This document shows positions 13,401 to 25,531 of a DNA stretch of 64,000 nt, piece after piece (positions within the stretch are counted from its first letter, which is position 1; the number at the start of each line of letters is the position of its first letter). The notes below the pieces were generated by a model. The model had not been told where the DNA came from. It saw only the letters and a list, made by a program, of their open reading frames with translations, and did no database searches. This DNA comes from Mobula hypostoma (Eukaryota): the NCBI RefSeq assembly GCF_963921235.1, contig NC_086097.1, positions 155,560,001-155,624,000 of the forward strand, written 5' to 3'. The translations under genes and the position numbers were made by a program.

Positions 13401-13964
13401 TTACCATAGATCCCCGCATTTAACACTTCATTCATAGTGCTCGCATCCCTAGCAGTACTGTTTTGAAGTTTTAGATTAAGTTTTTGCTTATACCCCCAAA
13501 GTGTGACATAAAATAGAAAACCATGGTTTTCAGAATAATTTTGCAGAACTTCTTTCTTTTTTTAAAAAAAAACAGATTGATGACTATAAAATAAGTTAAA
13601 TAAGCTAACCTTTTTTTTGTTACCTTCAGGGCTGTTTGAGGAATTCACAGACCAGACTGATGTTACAAATATTTTGGGGAATTACACATCCATCAATTTA
13701 TTGATAACAATATTTTTAATAAATACAATAAAATAATTTTAATAAAAGTGATACCTTTTCCAAAAACTAAATTTCTTATTAATATTTGTTGTATAAATAG
13801 CCTTATTGAGGCAGGGCACTGTGCGGATGTATAGAAGAAAACAATTATTTCCTAGAGATATTGCTGTAAAAACAGGATTCTTGGTTAATAGTGTGATAGT
13901 ATTAAAATGAATAATTGCAGATATACCAAGGTTTTATATTTCCATTATAAATTCCGTAAATAAG

Positions 13965-14250
13965 CGTGCCATCGTAGTGTAACAGGCTACCATGGCGATA
14001 TTAAAGTTTGGTACGTTCTAGAGTTCAGAGTTCAATTCCAGTGCCATCTGTGAGTGAGTTTTTACGTTCTCCCTGTGACTGCGTGGGTTTCCTCTAGGTG
14101 CTCCAGTTTCTTTCCACAGTCCAAGGAGGTACCAGTTAGATCATTGTAAGTTGTCCTGTGATTAGATTAATGTTAAATAGGTGGTTTGCTAGGTGATGCA
14201 GCTCATTGGGCCAGAAGGAACTATTCTGCGCTATGTCTCAAAAGGAATAA
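13965..14250 (+). mobile_element. tRNA-derived SINE with V-SINE-like central domain
   Basis: B-box-like 'gagttcaattcc' then 'ttctccctgtgactgcgtgggtttcctctaggtgctccagtttc...ccacagtcc'. Confidence 0.75.
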
Positions 14251-14574
14251 ATTAATTAATAAGTTATACAGTTGCTGAGAATATAATTTTGCTATCAGTT
14301 TCACTTGATAGATATATGGCACTGACCTGCTTTCAACCATGAACAGCAGAGCAGTGCTACAGTAAAATCATTGCATATGCCACATACCAGAATATCTTCA
14401 TTGTATTTACAGCAAAGCATTAAAAAAAATTCCTTTGAATATTAAAGCAAAAAGTAACAAATTGTTCTATGACTTCTTGAAGATTGGGCAATGAATTCAC
14501 AGAGAATACTTGATCGAATACTGAAGACCGGAATCACATGTTGACTGGTTCTTAGCAGGTCTGAAATAAGCATG

Positions 14575-15264
14575 TGTAAGGGGTTTCTTCTTTTATGTTA
14601 CTGCGTAGGCTAATTAAAATGGCTTCCTTGTTATGTTAACTGCTGAGAAAGTTCTCTCGCTAGCAGCTTGTTTGGGTTATAGAGCAAGTTGTATTCAGTT
14701 GCTAACCAATTGGGATAGATGTTATTCTTTCTTGTGTTTCTGTAAGCTATTGTATACGTGGGTTTTTAGGGAGAAGGCGCGATGGGGAGAGAGACAGTGG
14801 ATGCGATGCTGTGAGCTGGCCAATTTAGCAGACCCTAAGCCAGAGTCCAAGGTCCAGTGTCTTCGGCAAGGTGAGGAGATGAAGAAAGACTCATGTGGAG
14901 CGTCTGGTCGACAACCGTGGTTGGCTCCAGTCGGCGGGTCGAGGTGGTCGGAGGGGATTGAATGGTGGAAAGCTTACCCTGTTACTAAAGCTCCAACTGT
15001 TTGTGCACAAAGAGGTTGAACTTTGATAAGGTTGGTGCCTTTTACTTTCCTTTTATATTTTGTCTCTATTTGTTACATAGTTCCAGTAATATCTATAAAT
15101 TGTAATCATTTAATCGTATATGGTGTATTGTTTATTATTTGGTGGGGTGGGGTACATCACACAGCATCCACACAAACTTAATTACCCAGTTTGGCGGGGC
15201 TGAAGGCTGCTTCCCCTAGACGAAAGCGAGTTGAACAAGCCTGAGGATTACCAACGTGGCTACA
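14575..15264 (+). mobile_element. Solo LTR (690 bp)
   Basis: TGTA...TACA termini; 4-bp TSD CATG at 14571-14574 and 15265-15268; no internal coding domain. Strand is tentative. Confidence 0.85.
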
Positions 15265-15357
15265 CATGTTTAACTTTTCAAAAGTAAGTTAAATCAATCT
15301 TGTCCAGTCAAAATCCCTACACTTGTCATGTATGAATGGAACAGATTTTCAATGACT

Positions 15358-15672
15358 TTCTTTCCCCCCCCCACTTTTCCTTCTCCCTGGGCATCCTGTC
15401 CCATGATCCTCTCATATCCCTTTTGCCAATCACCTGTCCAGCTCTTAGCTCCATCCCTCCCCCTCCTGTCTTCTCCTATCGTTTTGGATCTCCCCCTCCC
15501 ACTTTTAAATCTCTTACTAGCTCTTTCTTCAGTTAGTCCTGGCGAAGGGTCCCGGCCTGAAACGTCAACCGTACCTCTTCCTAGAGATGCTGCCTGACCT
15601 GTTGCGTTCACCAGCAACTTTGATGTGTGTTGCTTGAATTTCCAGCATCTGCAGAATTCCTTGTGTTTGCAT
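15358..15672 (+). mobile_element. Penelope pLTR fragment (hammerhead core mutated to CTGGCGA)
   Basis: Highly similar to 31520-31792 and to the reverse complement of 29748-30060. Confidence 0.9.
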
Positions 15673-15738
15673 TAAAATATTTACTTCACTTGTAAACATT
15701 GATCCTAGCAAAGAAGGCTACTTTTCAATGAGAGGAAA

Positions 15739-15812
15739 ATGAAACGCTCCTATCCTAGTGGTGCTGAAAAACAGAAAATATTAGACAACAAAACAAAACA
15801 TCTAAATAGTCT
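15739..15812 (+). mobile_element. Putative hAT transposase N-terminal remnant
   Basis: 'atgaaacgctcctatcctagtggtgctgaaaaacagaaa' reads MKRSYPSGAEKQK, a start typical of hAT-like transposases; pairs with the hAT C-terminus at 20770-21014. Confidence 0.55.
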
Positions 15813-17157
15813 ACTGGAGGGAACGTCACGTGATGACGTGGGATTGAGATGTGTAAATCCAGCTCTCCCGTAAAAAATCAGCAAAGTAGTGTTTAAACAA
15901 AGCAAAGTTAATAAATACTTTCAGAAAACTACTTATAAACTTCGCAAGACTACTTTATGATATGCCTCGTAAACCGTAACAGAAGTCTGTTGTTGCGAAA
16001 TCGCCGCGAGATGGGAAGGAAAAAGGGCCTACTGCAGTGATGGAACCTTGGATTCAGTTTGGATCTCCTTCGGAGGAGACACATTTTATCTCTGGCGTAG
16101 AAGAACAGGGAACAATGGCAGCGGTAGCGGTCTCTAGGAAGAAGATGCCGGAAATGTGCATGCGCAAAGAAGTACGCATGTGCAAATCGACACAACTCAA
16201 ACTACAAGAACTGACGGCCACTGCAAGTGAAAGTGACTCAGAGTCAGAATTGGATTCCGCAGAGAACACAGATGAAGAAGAGGAGGAAGAACTGGAAGAG
16301 ACTGGAAGTAAAGGAGGTGACAGAGACATAAGAGAGGCTTTATTGCAAGTAACAATTGAATGAAGAAAATTAAGAACAGAGATTAAAGACATGAAGATGT
16401 ACTATGATAAAGCTATGAAAAGACAGGACAAAATGGATAAGAAACTTCAGAAAATGGAAAGAACAATGGAGCACATTAATGATTCAGTGGAAAAAACAGA
16501 AAATGATATGCTTGTCTGGAACACGGAAAGAAATCGACTCTTGGAGAAAGTGGACGTGTTGGAAAATTTTAGTAGACGAAATAATATTAAAATTGTTGGT
16601 CTTAATGAAGGTATAGAGGGAGATAATCCAATAGAATTTTTTCAAAGATGGATCTCGGAAACTTTGCAAATGAAAGAGGAAGACTGATCAATTGAAATTG
16701 AGCGGGCACATAGAGCTCTAAGACCAAAACCACAAGATGACCAATATCCACGATCAATTTTAATAAAATTCTTAAGATTTCAAGACAAAGAAAGAATTCT
16801 ACAGGCGGCTGCCCAAGCTGCCAAGAATAGAAAAGGGCCATTGATGATAGAAGGGAAGAAAATTTTTTCTACCCTGAGATAAGTTATGAACTTTTGAAGA
16901 GAAGGAAGAAATTTAATCCAGTGAAAAAAGTCCTATGGGATCACAGTTATCAATTTATATTGTGTTATCCTGCAACCTTGAAGATTTTTTTGGCTGGTGG
17001 AGAAAAAAGATTTTTTGACGATTACCGGAAAGCGGAGGAGTTTGTGCGAGATTCTTTGAATATTCACCAGATACAAGAACAAACTCAGGGGAGCGAGATG
17101 GATTGAAGATGAAGACTGGGTCAAGGAATAGACCTGTTGGATTTTTAAAGGCGGATG

Positions 17158-17441
17158 TTGCCCAAGTCTTTTAGTTTAGTTGATTAATTCTGTTTTTCTT
17201 TGGGGATGGGGTTTTTTTTGGTTTTGTTTTTTTTTTCCTTTTCATGATTTTTTTTTCCAGTTTTTTTTGATTTGTATTATCTGTTGTCAGTTCTACATGA
17301 TTGGGAGCTTTGTTAACTTACACTATTTGATTTTACAATTACTTTTCTTAAGTGTAACAATATTTCTCCTACTATTTGTATTATTGCTATGTTTTGTTTC
17401 TATACTTCGAAATTAATAAAAAGATTGAAAAAGAAAGAAAG
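17158..17441 (+). mobile_element. Short retroposed 3'-end fragment inserted in the L1 inter-ORF region
   Basis: T-rich body, AATAAA, (GAAA)n tail; flanked by AAAGGCGGATG (17147-17157) and AAAGGTGGATG (17442-17452). Confidence 0.7.
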
Positions 17442-17859
17442 AAAGGTGGATGAATATATAAATATATTATTAATTATATGAGGGGGAAGAAAGGTTACAA
17501 TTTGAGGAATATTAGCTGGGAATAGTGACATTAATTTTTTTTATATATATATACAATTTTTTTGTTATGGGGGAGCTGGAAGAAATACTGACCAATCGCT
17601 ACGCTATTCATGTGTGCAAGCGTGGCAATAGCCATGACCTGCAAAATGGAGGGGGGTAGTGTTGTGTATCTTCTCATTCACAACATTAGTAGGGGGGTAT
17701 TTTGTTATTTCTCTTTTTGTATCACATCTATCTTTTATTTATTTCTTTTTGCCTGGATGATTGGGAGGGAAACACATAGCAACATGATGAAGTTCAAAGA
17801 GATTCCCCAAGGAACTATGAAAGTTGAGAAGCTAAGTAATGTTTTAGATTGGAGTAACT

Positions 17860-20770
17860 TTGTTAAGAATAATGACCAATTTATTGAATATTTTGAGTTT
17901 TAATGTTAATGGGCTTAATGGACCAGTGAAAAGAAAAAGAATCTTAACGCATATTAAGAAAATGAAGGTAGATTTAACCTTCTTACATGAAACGCATTTA
18001 ACAGAGACAGACCATCAGAAATTAAAGGGAGATTGGTTAGGTAGTGTTGTTGTAGCTTCATTTAATTCAAAAGTGAGGAGAGTAGCAATTTTGATTAATA
18101 AAATGTTACCAATTAGAATACAAAATGTGATAACCGATTCTACGGGGAGATATGTGATTATACGCTGCCAACTTTTTTCTGAATTATGGACTTCCATGAA
18201 TATTTATGCACCAAATGAAAATGATGCAAAATTCATACAAGAAGCTTTTTTGAATTTGGCTGATGCACATGAAAAAATGTTAATAGGAGGAGATTTTAAT
18301 TTTTGTCTAGACCCAGTCTTAGATAGATCAACTAAGGCTGTCACAAAATCGAAGGTAGTAAAACTAACTTTATCATTGATGAAAGATTTAAATTTCATTG
18401 ATATACGGAGAAGAATTAATCCTAAAGAAAGAGACTATTCGTTCTATTCTAATAGACACAAAACTTATTCAAGGATAGATCTTTTCCTATTATCAATGCA
18501 TATTCAACACAGAGTGAAAAATATGGAATATAATGCAAGAATATTGTCAGATCATTCTCCTCTATTAATGACAATAATAATGACTGGTAAGGAAGAAGTG
18601 GCTTATAGATGGAGATTTAATTCAACATTATTAAAACGTCAAGATTTTTGTGATTTTATGAAAAAGCAGATCCAATTTTTTTTTCGATACAAACTCTCAT
18701 TCAGTGGATGATAAATTTAAACTATGGGATGCGATGAAAGCATATTTGAGGGGTCAGATAATAAGTTATATGTCTAAAATTAAGAAAGAATATATGACAG
18801 AACTGGATCAATTGGAAAAAGAGATTACAAAATTAGAAAAAGAATCTCAAAGACATATGACAGAAGAAAAATAAAGACAACTTGTGAATAAGAAGTTACA
18901 ATATAATACACTTCAGTCATACAGAATGGAAAAAGCAATCATAAGAACTAAGCAAAGGTATTATGAGTTAGGTGAGAGAGCACATAAAATTCTTGCTTGG
19001 CAGTTGAAAACAGAACAAGCTTCCAAAACGATAAATGCAATTAGAACAAGTGCAAATAAAATTACCTATAAACCTTTAGAAATTAATGAAACCTTCAAAA
19101 GTTTCTATTTTGAATTATATCAATCAGAATCACAAAATGATGTTAATGAGATAGAAAGGTTCTTATAACCAGAATCATACAGGCCTATTTCTTTGTTGAA
19201 CACGGATTATAAAATAATAGCAAAAATTTTATTGAATAGATTATCTAAATATTTATCAAAATTAATACATATGGATCAAACAGGATTTATTAAAAATAGA
19301 CAATGGGCAGATAATGTAACTTGGCTCCTCAGTATAATTCATTTTGGCACAAAAAGGGGAGGAGATGAGTATAGTAGTAGCCTTGGATGCAGAAAAAGCA
19401 TTTGATAGATTGGAATGGGATTTTTTATTTAAAGTATTAGAAAAATATGGGTTAGGAACATCTTTTATAAACTGTATTAAAACTTTAAATACTAACCCTA
19501 ATGCTAAAGTAGTGACAAATACTCAAATTTCAACACCATTCCAGTTAAAAAGGTCAACTAGCCAAGGTTGTCCATTATCACCTGCTTTATTTGTACTGGC
19601 GATAGAGCCATTAGCAGAACTAATTAGAATTGATGCAGATATTATGGGTTTTAGAGTTAATCAGGAGGAATATAAAATTAATCTTTTTGTTGATGATGTT
19701 TTGATTTACTTAACAAACCCACAGCATTCATTACATAAACTATCTTCTAGATTGGATGAATATGGGAAAGTACCAGGGTACAAAATAAATTGGGATAAAA
19801 GTGAAATTTTACCTCTTACTAAAGGAGACTATAGCCAATGTCGATTAGCAACCGAATTTAGATGGCCGGTAAATGGCATAAACTATCTAGGTATAACACT
19901 TGATAATGATGTAAAGAATTTATATAAATTTAATTATTTACCACTATTGAAAAAAATTCAAGAAGATCTTGACAAATGGATGATATTACCAATAACATTA
20001 GTGGGTACAGTCAATGTTGTAAAAATGAATATATTTCCTAGATTACAGTATTTGTTTCAAACATTACCAATACAATTGCAACAAATTTTTTCAAGAGTTA
20101 AATAAATGTGTGAGAAAATTTCTTTGGAAAGGTAAAATGTCAAGAATATCATTGGAAAAATTGACATGTAAATTTGAGTTAGGAGGGTTACAACTTCCAA
20201 ACTTTAAGAATTATTATAAAGCAAATCAACTTTGATTTATTGCATCTTTTTTGATGATCGAAAACCGGCATGGATTAGAATAGAATTAGATAAGATAGGA
20301 GAAAATATACCTGAAGATTTTGTATATAAATGGGAATCTAAATGGATACGGAAAAAAGAAAGAATCTCCTATATTAAAACAATTGATTGATCTATGGAAT
20401 AAGATAAATGTTGATAATGAAATAAAGAAATCTTTCTAAGCAAGGAGACCTTTGTTCCAAAACAGACTTATTCCTTTTACAATGGATAATCAACTTTTAT
20501 ATAATTGGTACCAAAAAGGGATTAGATCTATAGGAGTCTGTTATGAACGAGGTATATTGATGTCATTTGAACAGCTAAAGAATAAATTTAAAATATCAAA
20601 TAACACTTTATTTTGTTACCTTCAATTAAGGGCTTACTTAAAAGGCAAACTGGGTCAAACAATGTTTTAGTCAAAACCCAATGAAATTGAGATTTTAATT
20701 CAAAAAGGAAAAATTAAAAAATTTATTTCTTGTATGTATAATTTGATTCAAAAACAGACAATTAAACAAA
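17860..20770 (+). pseudogene. L1 ORF2 pseudogene (APE endonuclease and RT)
   Basis: Colinear fragments 17860-18711, 18884-19168, 19193-19405, 19344-20105, 20452-20670; internal deletion near 19167. Confidence 0.9.
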
Positions 20771-21681
20771 GATTCCTAACCTCACCATTGCTCTGAGACC
20801 CTTGCTGACAGTGCCTGTGATTGTAGCGAGTGGAGAGAGAAGTTTTTCAAGGCTAAAGCTCATCATAACGCATCTGAGGACAACCATGTCGCAGAAGCGT
20901 CTGTCAGCTCTTGCTCAGATATCAATTGAGCATGAAATAACAAGATCGCTGGACAAAGATGAGCTCATTAAAGCATTCTCACTACTCAAGCACAGGAGGG
21001 TGGTAAAGTTCTAGTGGTAAGTCTTTTAACACATTTTTAGCAGAAATCAATTTTATAATTAAAATAATAAAATAAACCACGTACTTCACTCAAAATGTGT
21101 ATCGGTGATTAGGCGACGTTTCCACAAATCGTAATTTCTCTCTCCCACTTGCGTTCCCCCTCTCTCTCACTCTCCTCCTGTTTGCTCTCCAGGCCTTACG
21201 TGAGCTGTCTGTGGTGCTGAAAGAGCGCGAGACGCAGTTTGTTGTAAACTTCCAGCAGTTAACTTTCAGACACTGTTCATTGAATAACTAAAGTGTGAAT
21301 TTCCATTAAATATGACATTGCTTTTGTTATTAATTTAATTAGAGGGAAATTGTTTAAGCTGTTCTTATGTCAGCTGATACCCAACACATAGTGCCATTCA
21401 ATGCAGACTAGTTGCTGAAAGGGGCGAGGCTTCTCACTCCAAAGGAAAAAATGTCATTGTTTCAGTTTTTAATTAAGAGAATTGTTTGGATTATGTTGAG
21501 CTGTCTGTCCATAATGCTGAAAGTGCATATAATGCATCAACGTTTAAGTCTGAAATTATACCATTATTGATGCAAATCAACTTGAATATTCACTTTTTTT
21601 CTTTCTTTTTTTTTGGGAAGCCTGGTTAGGGCCCCACATTAACTCTTGAAACAGGCCCCCAGATGCTTAAGGCCGCCTATG
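20770..21681 (+). mobile_element. hAT DNA transposon 3' part (C-terminal dimerisation domain and right end)
   Basis: FPNLTIAL..LTVPVIVASGERSFSRLKLIITHLRTTMSQKRLSALAQISIE; GGCCCC subterminal motifs and end '...ttaaggccgcctatg'. Confidence 0.85.
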
Positions 21682-21986
21682 GCTGTAATACTATTGAATG
21701 GTTGTCTTGCATGAAAAGATGGGACTAAACCTCAAATTCTACCTTGTCGTGGCATTCCACCTTATTGCTTGCCTGCATTGCCCGTTCACTGTAACTGTAA
21801 CAACTTAATTTGCATTCTGTTATTGCTTCTTCCCCATCTTCTTAAGTGATTGAATGATCTGTATGAATGACACATAAAACAAAGTTGTTTACTTTACCTT
21901 GGTAAATGTGACAATAATAAATCAATTTATCATAAAGTGTGAAGATTTTAAAATTGAGATTACACTACCAAAAGACAGAGGAAGAT

Positions 21987-22087
21987 AGAGTCCTGACGAA
22001 GGGTCTCGGCCCGAAACGTTGACTGCACCTCTTCCTGGAGATGCTGCCTGGCCTGCTGCATTCACCAGCAACTTTTATGTATGTTGT
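21987..22087 (+). mobile_element. 101-bp Penelope pLTR-derived insertion beginning at the hammerhead motif
   Basis: 9-bp direct repeat GAGGAAGAT at 21978-21986 and 22088-22096; body matches 31704-31792. Confidence 0.88.
21989..22024 (+). ncRNA. Minimal type I hammerhead ribozyme motif
   Basis: AGTC-CTGACGA-A-GGGT(CTCG)GCCC-GAAA-CG-TT-GACT: stem I AGTC/GACT, CUGANGA and GAAA core, 4-bp stem II, self-complementary ACGT in place of stem III, GUU cleavage triplet. Confidence 0.75.
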
Positions 22088-22110
22088 GAGGAAGATTAAG
22101 TTCTGATATA

Positions 22111-22771
22111 GACTCAGTGTCAACTTTATTAGGTACATTTGTATGTTTTTAGATTATGAGAACACTCAGTCCTCTTTTATTGTCATCTAGAAATGCATAC
22201 ATGCATTAAGAAATGATACAATGTTTCTCTAGAGTGATATCACAGAAAAACAGGACAAACCAAAGACTAACACTGACAGAACCATGTGTTAATGCATATA
22301 TCTAATCAGCCAATCATGTGGCAGCAACTCAATGCACAAAAACATGAAAACATGATCAAGAGATTCAATTGTTGTTCAGATCAAGCATCAGAATGGGGAA
22401 AAATGTGATCCAAGTGACTTTGACTCTTGGTGCCAGACAGGGAAGCTTGAGCATCTCAGTAACTGCTGATCTACTGGGATTTTCATGCACAGTGGTCTCC
22501 AGAGTTTACAGAGAAGGACACGCAAGACAGAAAATTAAAATCCAGTGAGCGGTAGTTGGAGGAGAACAGCGAGACTGGTTCAGGCTGACAGGAAGGTGAC
22601 AGTAACTCAAATACTGACACGTTAAGACAGTGGTGCGCAGAAGAATATCTCAGATTGCACAACACTTTGAACCTTGAAGTGGATGGGCTGCAGCAGCGGG
22701 AGACAATGATAACGCACCCAGTGACCTCTTTATTAGGTACAGGAGGTCCCTAATTAAGTGGCCACTGAGTG
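22111..22771 (+). mobile_element. Internally deleted Tc1/mariner element
   Basis: TIRs 'gactcagtgtcaactttattagg' and 'cctaattaagtggccactgagtg'; TA on the left; N-terminal HTH remnant (..GARQGSLSISVTADLLGFS..VSRVYRE); ~140-bp LINE-tail insertion at ~22146-22285. Confidence 0.85.
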
Positions 22772-22823
22772 CAGACTCTTCAGAATATGTTGTGTTCAGT
22801 GATAAAGGTGTTGTAAAATTGGT

Positions 22824-23090
22824 AGGTGGCATGGTAGCCTAGCAGTTGACATAAAGCTAATACTGCATTTTCCTTGTGACTGCATGGGTTTTCTCAGGAT
22901 GCTCCGGTTTCCTCCCTCATTCCAAAGACACGCTGCTTAGGGTTCGTAAGTTGTGGGCATGCAGTGTTGGTCCCTGAAGCATGGCTACACTTATGGGCTG
23001 CTCCCAGCAGATCCGCACTGTGTTTTTCATTGACCCAAACCATGCATTTCACCATATGTTTTGATGTCTCAATGTACATGTGAGAAATAA
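22824..23090 (+). mobile_element. V-SINE-like element (internally deleted)
   Basis: 'ccttgtgactgcatgggttttctcaggatgctccggtttcctccctcattccaaagac'; homologous to the reverse complement of 44620-45530 and 56705-57042. Confidence 0.75.
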
Positions 23091-23346
23091 AGATTTGGGC
23101 TGCAAGAGGGATTATGTGACAGATGCCAGCTGCAGTAAATTAGTGAAGTGATGCGGTGACTTACACATCAGCAAGGAAAGCTACACCAGTTTTTGTGCTA
23201 TCCATTAATCAGGTTACAACAGATGGCATGTTGAAATAGAGGTGATCAACACCACAGTAGTTTGACCAGAAGAGCATGGATTAAATCTGTGAACATGGAA
23301 AGGTCTGTTTAAATATTGGAGGTCTTTGTATGTTGTACATTTCTAT

Positions 23347-23547
23347 TGAAGGTTAATGTAACTGGTGAAAACCTACATAATTCACAACCACTGACATTGG
23401 GTTGGGGTTCACTTTGAGAGGCTGGTCTGACGTGATGAGGTAATGACGTAAAGGACTTGTACTGTGCTCTTCAGTGTTCAATAAATGAGTTGCTATGGTT
23501 TTTCTTAAACATAAAACACCCCCACCATTTTATGTGTGAAACCTACA
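23347..23547 (+). repeat. Gypsy 5' LTR
   Basis: Direct repeat of 28781-28994; contains AATAAA; followed by PBS. Confidence 0.88.
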
Positions 23548-25184
23548 TTGGTGACTCCAATGCTCTGGGACAAATCCAGAGTTATTGAACATGTTGACCA
23601 ATGCAGTCACTTTGAAAACTGCCAGAGTTTTGGGTGCAAAATACCATCGCTTTGTTTGTACAAGCCGAGGCCCAATTTGAGCAGTGAGAAAACTCCACTG
23701 ACAAAACCAAATATCTCTACGTGGTAGCATCGCTGAGTTATTCCACAGCTGCGAGAGTGGCAAGTTTGTTAGAACATCCATCTGAACATGATAAATACCA
23801 ATCACTGAAAGCTCTCCTTTTATGGAATTTTGGACTATCATAGTCTGAACATGCCAAACAGATGCTCTCCTCACCTAGCTACGCTGTCAAATGCTGTCTC
23901 TCCTGGGAAATCAACATCTTTTTTTTATTTTTAGACAACTTTCATGCATCAAATGCCTGATCAAGTTCACATAACCCTCACTAATGCAACCATGAAGGAC
24001 CACAGGAGGCTTGCTAAAATGGCTGAGAGTCTACACTCAACTAGGCAGCAGTGCATCATTCCTCCTTATTTCAATACCTCAATAAGCCTGGCCAGCAAGG
24101 CCTCAACAAATGGACATCTGCGGCTGCAAAATAGATGATGCTGGACCCGTGATTTTACCACGCTCGCTTTGCTACGAATATTAGGAACTGCCAACTGCCT
24201 TGCAGTTTCGACAGTGCCAGCGCATCGGGATATCAGAGGTCTGTGAACACCATGGTTTCCTACTGCCAGTGTCACCTACTGTTCATTACAGACACCCTTT
24301 CAGGGCGATGCTTCCTGTGAGACACGGGTGCTCAAGTGAATGCACTGCCAGCATCGCCTATTGATGAGAAGGCATAGAGCAATGAAACCTCTTTGGAGGC
24401 CACCAATGGCAGCAGGATCCAGACCTACGGGACAGTGATGCTCTGCTTCAATGGGCAACATTACACATGGGACCTCATCCTAGCTAAAATGGCTAGACCT
24501 CTGCTCAGTGCAGATTTCCTGTGTGCCCAAGGACTGTTAGTCGATTTGAAGAACTGCCGGCTAATGGATGTCAAGGACTTTGGATTGATACCCTGCTCCT
24601 CCAGTAAGATCCCCACAATGACTGTGTCAAACGCATGTGAATTTACTCGACTACTGCGTGATTTCCCAAACTTCACCAAGCCCACATTCTCCACTACAGT
24701 CACAAATCATGGGGTTAAGCATCATATTTCTACATCTGGCCTGTTGGTCCATATCCCCTCACATAGACAAGACCAAGAAAAGCAGGCAACTGCGAAGGTG
24801 GAGTTTCCAATATAGAAATACTTGGCTTTGTTCACCAGTCGAAAAGCCACTGGGCTTCGCTCCTCCATATGGTTCCCAGGTCCGATGGTGGTTGCCACCC
24901 ATGTGGCGATTACTAACACCTTAATGAGACCACTAACCCCAATTACTACTCAGTTCCACACATCCAGGACTTTCAGGCATGTTTAGATGGGAAGTTAATT
25001 TTTTCCAACATTGATCTATTTAGGTGCTACCATCAGGTGCCTGTGTGCTTGGACAATTCACAAAATGGCAGAGATAACCTCGTTTGGCCTCTGAGTTTCT
25101 GCGCATGTCGTTTGGGCTGAAAAATGCAGCACACACTTTCCACAGCTGATAGACTTAATAAAAAAAGACTTAGATTTTCTTTTT

Positions 25185-25530
25185 CAAGGGTTCCAAAGGT
25201 ATATATTTCAGACAAGTGTATACAATATACATCCTGAAATACTTTTTCCTTTGCAACCATTCATGAAAACAGAGGAGTGCCCCAAAAAATGAATCACAGT
25301 TAAATGTTAGAACCCCAAAGAACCCCCCGCTCCCCCTCCCACGCACAAACAGCAAAGCAACAATCCCCCACCAGCAAAAAAAAGCATCAGCGCCCCCTCC
25401 CACCAAACACTCAAGTGTGCAGCAAAGCATCAATAAAGACACAGACTTGCAGTACCCCCAAAAATACTCGTTCACCCAGTATTTGACATACCACATCCTC
25501 TCTCTCCCTAATAAGAGAAAAAGAGATGTT
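25185..25530 (-). mobile_element. LINE 3'-UTR/SINE-like fragment inserted in the Gypsy RT
   Basis: Interrupts pol; reverse complement resembles 7500-7780 (G/T-rich body, 'cctttg(g)aacc' tail). Confidence 0.55.
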
Positions 25531-25531
25531 C

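Larger units (their letters stand above)
15815..20770 (+). mobile_element. Near full-length, decayed L1-clade LINE (5' UTR, ORF1, APE-RT ORF2; 3' end missing)
   Basis: ORF1: LENFSRRNNIKIVGLNEGIEG, IERAHRAL, PRSILIKFL. APE endonuclease: ILSFNVNGLN, GGDFN, SRIDLF, LSDHSP. RT: LNTDYKI, LDAEKAFD, QGCPLSP, FVDD. Multiple stops and frameshifts. Confidence 0.95.

Noticed and set aside
15294..15617. Recurrent ORFs ending SPxEGSRPETSTVPLPRDAA (also 29528-30082 and the end of 31089-31793)
   Set aside because: These are translations of the pLTR/hammerhead repeat; recurrence reflects nucleotide homology, not a protein family.
16037..16363. Acidic-rich ORF as a host gene
   Set aside because: It is the N-terminal part of L1 ORF1, separated from the rest by a premature stop.
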